In this document: piece after piece, positions 16,918 through 21,097 of the stretch
How the letters are laid out: every line of letters starts with the position of its first letter
Numbering within the stretch: the first letter of the stretch is position 1
Translations under genes and position numbers: made by a program
The notes under the pieces: generated by a model
Database searches by the model: none
What the model was told of the DNA's origin: nothing
Seen by the model: only the letters and a program-made list of their open reading frames with translations
Assembly: GCA_023254095.1 (NCBI GenBank)
Contig: JALNLM010000018.1
Location: 1-21,097, forward strand
DNA length: 21,097 nucleotides
DNA from: Candidatus Geocrenenecus huangii
GTDB lineage: Archaea; Thermoproteota; Nitrososphaeria_A; Caldarchaeales; Wolframiiraptoraceae
Direction: 5' to 3'

Positions 16918-18021
16918 ATGACCGAAATACTATTAGAAAACGTTTCAAAATACATTAAAGGCAAAACAGTATTAAATAACATAAATCTAAGAGTGCAATC
17001 GGCAGACGTAGCCGTTCTACTAGGACCAGCAGGTGCCGGAAAGACAACACTGCTCAGAATAATTGCCGGAACTGAAAAACCTGATAAAGGCAGAATATAT
17101 TTCGATGGTAAAGATGTAACTGATCTTCCACCGCAGAAAAGAGATGTTGGCATGGTTTTCCAAACCTTTGCACTATATCCAAACATGACTGTTTACGAGA
17201 ATATAGCTTCACCGCTTAGGATTCGAAAGCTCCCTGAAGCAGAGATAAACAAGAAAGTAAAAGAGGTGGCGGAACTACTCAATATAACTCACATACTGAG
17301 TAAAAAGCCTCATGAATGTAGCGGAGGCGAAGCTCAAAGAACAGTAATTGCCCGAGCAATAGTAAAGAGGCCAAAAATCTACTTATTCGATGAGCCGCTG
17401 ACTAACCTAGACTACAAAGTTAGAGAAGTCTTGAGGCTCGAATTAAAGAAAATATTTAATGAAGTCAGATCTACAGTTTTATATTCAACTTCAAACCCTG
17501 AAGAAGCCGCAGCATTGGGAAAAACCTTAATCCATATCAGAGAAGGGAGAATAATCCAGACTGGCCCTATAAAAGATTGTTTCAGAAAACCCGCTGACAT
17601 TAATGCCGCATTGTATTATTCACCGGTCGGTGTAAACATTTTCAATAGCAAATGTTTACGAGTGGATTCAAGAAAATACTTACATGTAAACAGTGTGCTG
17701 AAATTTGATGTCACCGACGTCGAGCAGGTCCAGGAAGGCAAAGAATATATGATAGGGATCTATCCTCATAGCATCAAGTTGTTTAAACTTGCCTCCGAAA
17801 ATAAACTAATAACGATCCCAATCGATGTTGACTTCGTGGAGAATATGGGATCTGAATTAGTAGTAGTCACTAAATGTGGTGAACATATTATGACCATACT
17901 CTCATCTGAAGTTGAGAGACTTCATGAAATAAAGGACCTGAAATATGCCTATGTACCTCCTAATGAAATAATGATATTCTCGAAGGATGGGGGTGAATAT
18001 CTCCAAACCCTAGAGAGGTAA
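16918..18021 (+). CDS. glpS: Carbohydrate ABC transporter ATP-binding protein (GlpS-like)
   Basis: GPAGAGKTT, CSGGEAQR and YLFDEPLTNLDYKVRE; the H-loop lacks His (YSTSNPEEA); C-terminal TOBE-like region. Confidence 0.85.
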   Translation: MTEILLENVSKYIKGKTVLNNINLRVQSADVAVLLGPAGAGKTTLLRIIAGTEKPDKGRIYFDGKDVTDLPPQKRDVGMVFQTFALYPNMTVYENIASPLRIRKLPEAEINKKVKEVAELLNITHILSKKPHECSGGEAQRTVIARAIVKRPKIYLFDEPLTNLDYKVREVLRLELKKIFNEVRSTVLYSTSNPEEAAALGKTLIHIREGRIIQTGPIKDCFRKPADINAALYYSPVGVNIFNSKCLRVDSRKYLHVNSVLKFDVTDVEQVQEGKEYMIGIYPHSIKLFKLASENKLITIPIDVDFVENMGSELVVVTKCGEHIMTILSSEVERLHEIKDLKYAYVPPNEIMIFSKDGGEYLQTLER

Positions 18022-18026
18022 AGAGC

Positions 18027-19094
18027 ATGGTAGACGTTTCTCTCGTTAATATCAGCCACTCCTACGATGGTGGAAAAACATGGGCTGTACAAGATATAAA
18101 TCTAGAGTTTGAGTCGGGAAAACGATATGCACTGTTAGGACCATCAGGTTGTGGTAAGACTACACTACTAAAAATAATCTGTGGTTTAATCAAACCTAGC
18201 AAGGGCAGAGTTTTCTTCGAAGATGTAGATGTAACAGAATATCCGCCCGAGAAAAGGAACGTCGCAATAGTTTTCCAATTCCCAGTCGTTTACAAGATGA
18301 CGGTACTAGAGAATCTGCTTTTCCCATTGATGAACGTGAAAATTTCTAAAGATGAAAAAATCAATAAAGCTAAGGAGGTGGCTAGTCTCCTAAAACTTGA
18401 AGGAATCTTGAAAGAGCCTGCTCATAGACTTGGTCCGGCTGATAGACAGAGAATCGCTATAGGAAGAGCTCTAATAAGAAATGCTGGAATTATCTTACTA
18501 GATGAGCCGATGAGCTCGATAGAGCCCGATAGAAAATACGAGATCAAGAAGCTTCTCATAGACATAAGTCGAAGCCTCAAGAGAACTATGATCTTTGTAA
18601 CCCATGACCAGACAGAAGCACTAACCTTTGGAGAAAAAATAGCAGTAATGTCGCCTAAAGGAAGATTACTACAATTTGGAAACTTCGATGAAATATATCA
18701 TAAACCATCACATGAATTCGTCGGATTCTTTATAGGATTCCCAGGAATGAATCTCATAGAAGCCGTACTAGAAAATAATTTCTTAAACTTCGGATCATTT
18801 AAGATAAGTATCAGAAAAGAAATTATACCGTTAAAAACGGGCACTCGCTTAAAGGTTGGAATACGTCCTGAACATGTAAGGGTTTCAACAGTCCAATTAG
18901 AGGGCCACATCCCATTCAAGGTAGTCTATGTAGAAGACCTTGGAAGAGGGAAATGCATACTACACCTACAGAATGATAGTATCATCATAAAGGCAATCTC
19001 TGAAAAAGAATTACCTATTCATTCGACGGCATGGGTCAAATTCCCAGAAGATTATCTAAACTTCTTCGATGAGTCAGGACAGAGGATAATGTAA
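18027..19094 (+). CDS. glpT: Carbohydrate ABC transporter ATP-binding protein (GlpT-like)
   Basis: ISHSY, YALLGPSGCGKTT, VFQFPVVY, degenerate signature LGPADRQR, LLDEP, VTHDQTEALTF and FIGFPGMN. Confidence 0.85.
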   Translation: MVDVSLVNISHSYDGGKTWAVQDINLEFESGKRYALLGPSGCGKTTLLKIICGLIKPSKGRVFFEDVDVTEYPPEKRNVAIVFQFPVVYKMTVLENLLFPLMNVKISKDEKINKAKEVASLLKLEGILKEPAHRLGPADRQRIAIGRALIRNAGIILLDEPMSSIEPDRKYEIKKLLIDISRSLKRTMIFVTHDQTEALTFGEKIAVMSPKGRLLQFGNFDEIYHKPSHEFVGFFIGFPGMNLIEAVLENNFLNFGSFKISIRKEIIPLKTGTRLKVGIRPEHVRVSTVQLEGHIPFKVVYVEDLGRGKCILHLQNDSIIIKAISEKELPIHSTAWVKFPEDYLNFFDESGQRIM

Positions 19095-19095
19095 C

Positions 19096-20325
19096 TTGAA
19101 GATACCGCTAATCGCCGTCATTGGACTAGGCAAGATGGGGGAAGCACTGGTACACCATATAAGGAAAACGAATCATAGGTTGACCATCGCAATTGAAGTA
19201 AACCTAACAAGAGGAAAAGAAGTTCTGAGTAGAGCTGGGATAAAGTATGCAGTCGCCAACAATGTTGAAGATGCTCGCCAGATATCGGAAAGAGGAGAAA
19301 CCATCCTCACGGATAGCATAGACCTCGCATTTGAATTGGACGATGTAAACGTTATAATAGACGCTACTGGAAATATAGATGCTGGGGCATACATTGCATG
19401 GAAGTGCATTAATATAAAGAAAAACATAGTTATGCTGAACGCAGAGTTAGATGCTACTATAGGGCCGATATTATCAAAGATTGCTAGATCAGCTGGAATA
19501 ATCTATACAGGCGATATAGGAGATGAGCCAGGTTCAATAATGTATTATCTCTACAGACCCCTAAAGGAAATAGGACTAGAAATACTCGTGGCAGGTAAAG
19601 GAAAAAACAACCCTCTCAACCCACATGCAACTCCATCATCTCTGAAAGAAATGAGCGAAAAATTAAAACTTAATCCGAGAATCTTAACATCTTTCGTAGA
19701 TGGTACAAAGACCATGGTTGAAATGACTATACTCTCTAATGCGACAGGACTTCTTCCAGACGTAAGGGGGATGCATGGTCCAGTCGCCGATTTAAAAGAC
19801 CTGGCGAAACTATTTCGAACAAAAAATGAAGGTGGCATATTGAATAATCTACACGTAGTTGATTACGTTATAGGGATAGCCCCGGGAGTATTCGTAATAG
19901 CAACAACAGATGATGAAGCAATAATGGAAAATCTCCGATATCTGAAAGTAGGGGACGGCCCCAACTTTCTCTTCTACAGACCATACCATCTACCAGGCTC
20001 CGAAACATTATTATCCGCGGTTAAAGCAGTATGTGAAAACGAAGCTGTAATTCAGCCGATTGGATACTTTAGTGAAACCGTAGCAGTTGCTAAACGGGAC
20101 CTGAACTCTGGAGAAAGAATAGATGGAATAGGTGGAGATACTGTTTACGGTATAATAGAAAGAAGAACCATAACTTCAGCTGAGGGTCTCTTACCTATAG
20201 GTCTCTCCGAGTCAGCCACTCTGAAAAGGAGTGTCAGAAAAGACGAGGTACTAACCTTCGATGATGTAGAAATACCGGACAAGCTGGTACACGCTCTCTG
20301 GAGATTACAGCAAAAGTCCCTATAA
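19096..20325 (+). CDS. NAD(P)-dependent oxidoreductase with C-terminal SAF domain (COG4091, homoserine dehydrogenase-like)
   Basis: Rossmann GLGKMG, IIDATG, NAELDATIGP, GDEPG, AGKGKNNP, FVDGTKTMVEM, YRPYHL and SAF region AVAKRDLNSGERIDGIGG...LPIGL. The TTG start lies 1 nt after the preceding stop. Confidence 0.88.
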   Translation: MKIPLIAVIGLGKMGEALVHHIRKTNHRLTIAIEVNLTRGKEVLSRAGIKYAVANNVEDARQISERGETILTDSIDLAFELDDVNVIIDATGNIDAGAYIAWKCINIKKNIVMLNAELDATIGPILSKIARSAGIIYTGDIGDEPGSIMYYLYRPLKEIGLEILVAGKGKNNPLNPHATPSSLKEMSEKLKLNPRILTSFVDGTKTMVEMTILSNATGLLPDVRGMHGPVADLKDLAKLFRTKNEGGILNNLHVVDYVIGIAPGVFVIATTDDEAIMENLRYLKVGDGPNFLFYRPYHLPGSETLLSAVKAVCENEAVIQPIGYFSETVAVAKRDLNSGERIDGIGGDTVYGIIERRTITSAEGLLPIGLSESATLKRSVRKDEVLTFDDVEIPDKLVHALWRLQQKSL

Positions 20326-20423
20326 TAAACAACATGCTTCCAAGCAAGACCTTCACACTTTAAAGAGATATAGTCTACCTCGATATTTCAAAATTTATTT
20401 GTTCCTCTATAAGATAGACAACT

Positions 20424-20933
20424 CTAGTATCCTAACAGATGCCTCCATCGAAATACGGTTGGAGCTTTATATGACCTCAGAACAGCATAATCAAACTTCT
20501 TCCTTATTAGTGATGAGTAAAACCAATCAGTTGCACGGAGAAGCTCGAATCTGTAAAATGTATCTATATCCTTGAAAACATTCTCTAGATGCTTCATTTT
20601 ACTTAAATGATAGTCTCTCGCATATTTACTCTCAATCTCTAAATAAGGATCTTTCAATTTTTGTAGTAAAAGCTTTCTCAATAGCTCATTACTTTTACAA
20701 TAATATATCGCAAAAGTCATTTCGTAGATTCTATCAACTTTTAATTTCTCAATATTTACATAAGATGAAACATCCGCAATGAACATCATTTCATCTCTAG
20801 GAACAAAAACGACGACTTCTTTTCTACGAGGGTCCACCTGTACCAGATATCCATAAGTCTTGAAATATTTTAGGAATTTCCAGTCAATATTAGAAAGATC
20901 GTAACTCTTCTTCGTAGTGCGCTCACTTTCCAC
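20424..20933 (-). CDS. Hypothetical protein
   Basis: 169-aa ORF filling the gap, with a GTG start preceded by GAAGGA and co-oriented with the upstream kinase; no family recognised. Confidence 0.65.
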   Translation of the reverse strand: MESERTTKKSYDLSNIDWKFLKYFKTYGYLVQVDPRRKEVVVFVPRDEMMFIADVSSYVNIEKLKVDRIYEMTFAIYYCKSNELLRKLLLQKLKDPYLEIESKYARDYHLSKMKHLENVFKDIDTFYRFELLRATDWFYSSLIRKKFDYAVLRSYKAPTVFRWRHLLGY

Positions 20934-20972
20934 AATCCTTCTACCCGACTCTAGTTTGTCATTATTCTTATT

Positions 20973-21097
20973 TTAGGTTTGTGTTAGTTTGTGCATGTTT
21001 TCTCTTAGTTTTGGGTATAGTTCTAGGTATATCTTGTATAGTTGATTGTATCTCTCTATGTTCTCCGGGTTCGGTCTTGTCTCCTCGTCTACTTCTA
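20973..21097 (-). CDS. 3' end (partial) of an FGGY-family carbohydrate kinase (xylulokinase-like)
   Basis: Not in the ORF track. The minus strand reads EVDEETRPNPENIERYNQLYKIYLELYPKLRENMHKLTQT-stop, the typical P..EN...Y..LY..Y..LY..L C-terminal helix of FGGY kinases. Confidence 0.7.
   Translation of the reverse strand, partial: EVDEETRPNPENIERYNQLYKIYLELYPKLRENMHKLTQT

Noticed and set aside
14934-19838. Alternative-frame and antisense ORFs within the ABC operon and the oxidoreductase gene
   Set aside because: Contained in or overlapping strongly supported genes.
1-21097. CRISPR arrays, tRNA/rRNA genes, transposases or integrases
   Set aside because: No regularly spaced repeats, cloverleaf, rRNA-like tract or mobile-element protein was seen by eye.

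Overview
Gene-dense archaeal chromosomal window. The assignment rests on TATA-box promoters with near-leaderless starts, a GPN-loop GTPase, a type A archaeal RNase P RNA and a COG1361 S-layer-like protein; the lineage cannot be fixed from sequence alone. The left part (1-7.3 kb) holds the 3' end of a radical SAM gene, a GPN GTPase and a candidate C/D box guide sRNA missed by the ORF track. It also holds a TetR / ABC ATPase / S-layer-like protein / MacB-like permease operon with a palindromic operator, a family-4 uracil-DNA glycosylase, a probable decayed ORF and rnpB. The right part (7.4-21.1 kb) is an approximately 13.7 kb carbohydrate/polyol utilisation cluster. It encodes a transaldolase with a large insertion, an unsplit bacterial-type transketolase, an atypical DhnA-family class I aldolase and a divergent glycerol-1-phosphate dehydrogenase (AraM/EgsA) homologue. 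It also encodes a complete GlpSTPQUV-type (rhizobial glycerol-type) ABC importer, a SAF-domain NAD(P) oxidoreductase, an orphan ORF and the 3' end of an FGGY kinase. This cluster is the best candidate for an undescribed system: an archaeal pathway feeding glycerol or a related polyol/sugar into the non-oxidative pentose phosphate pathway. All family calls come from motif recognition; no database searches were run.
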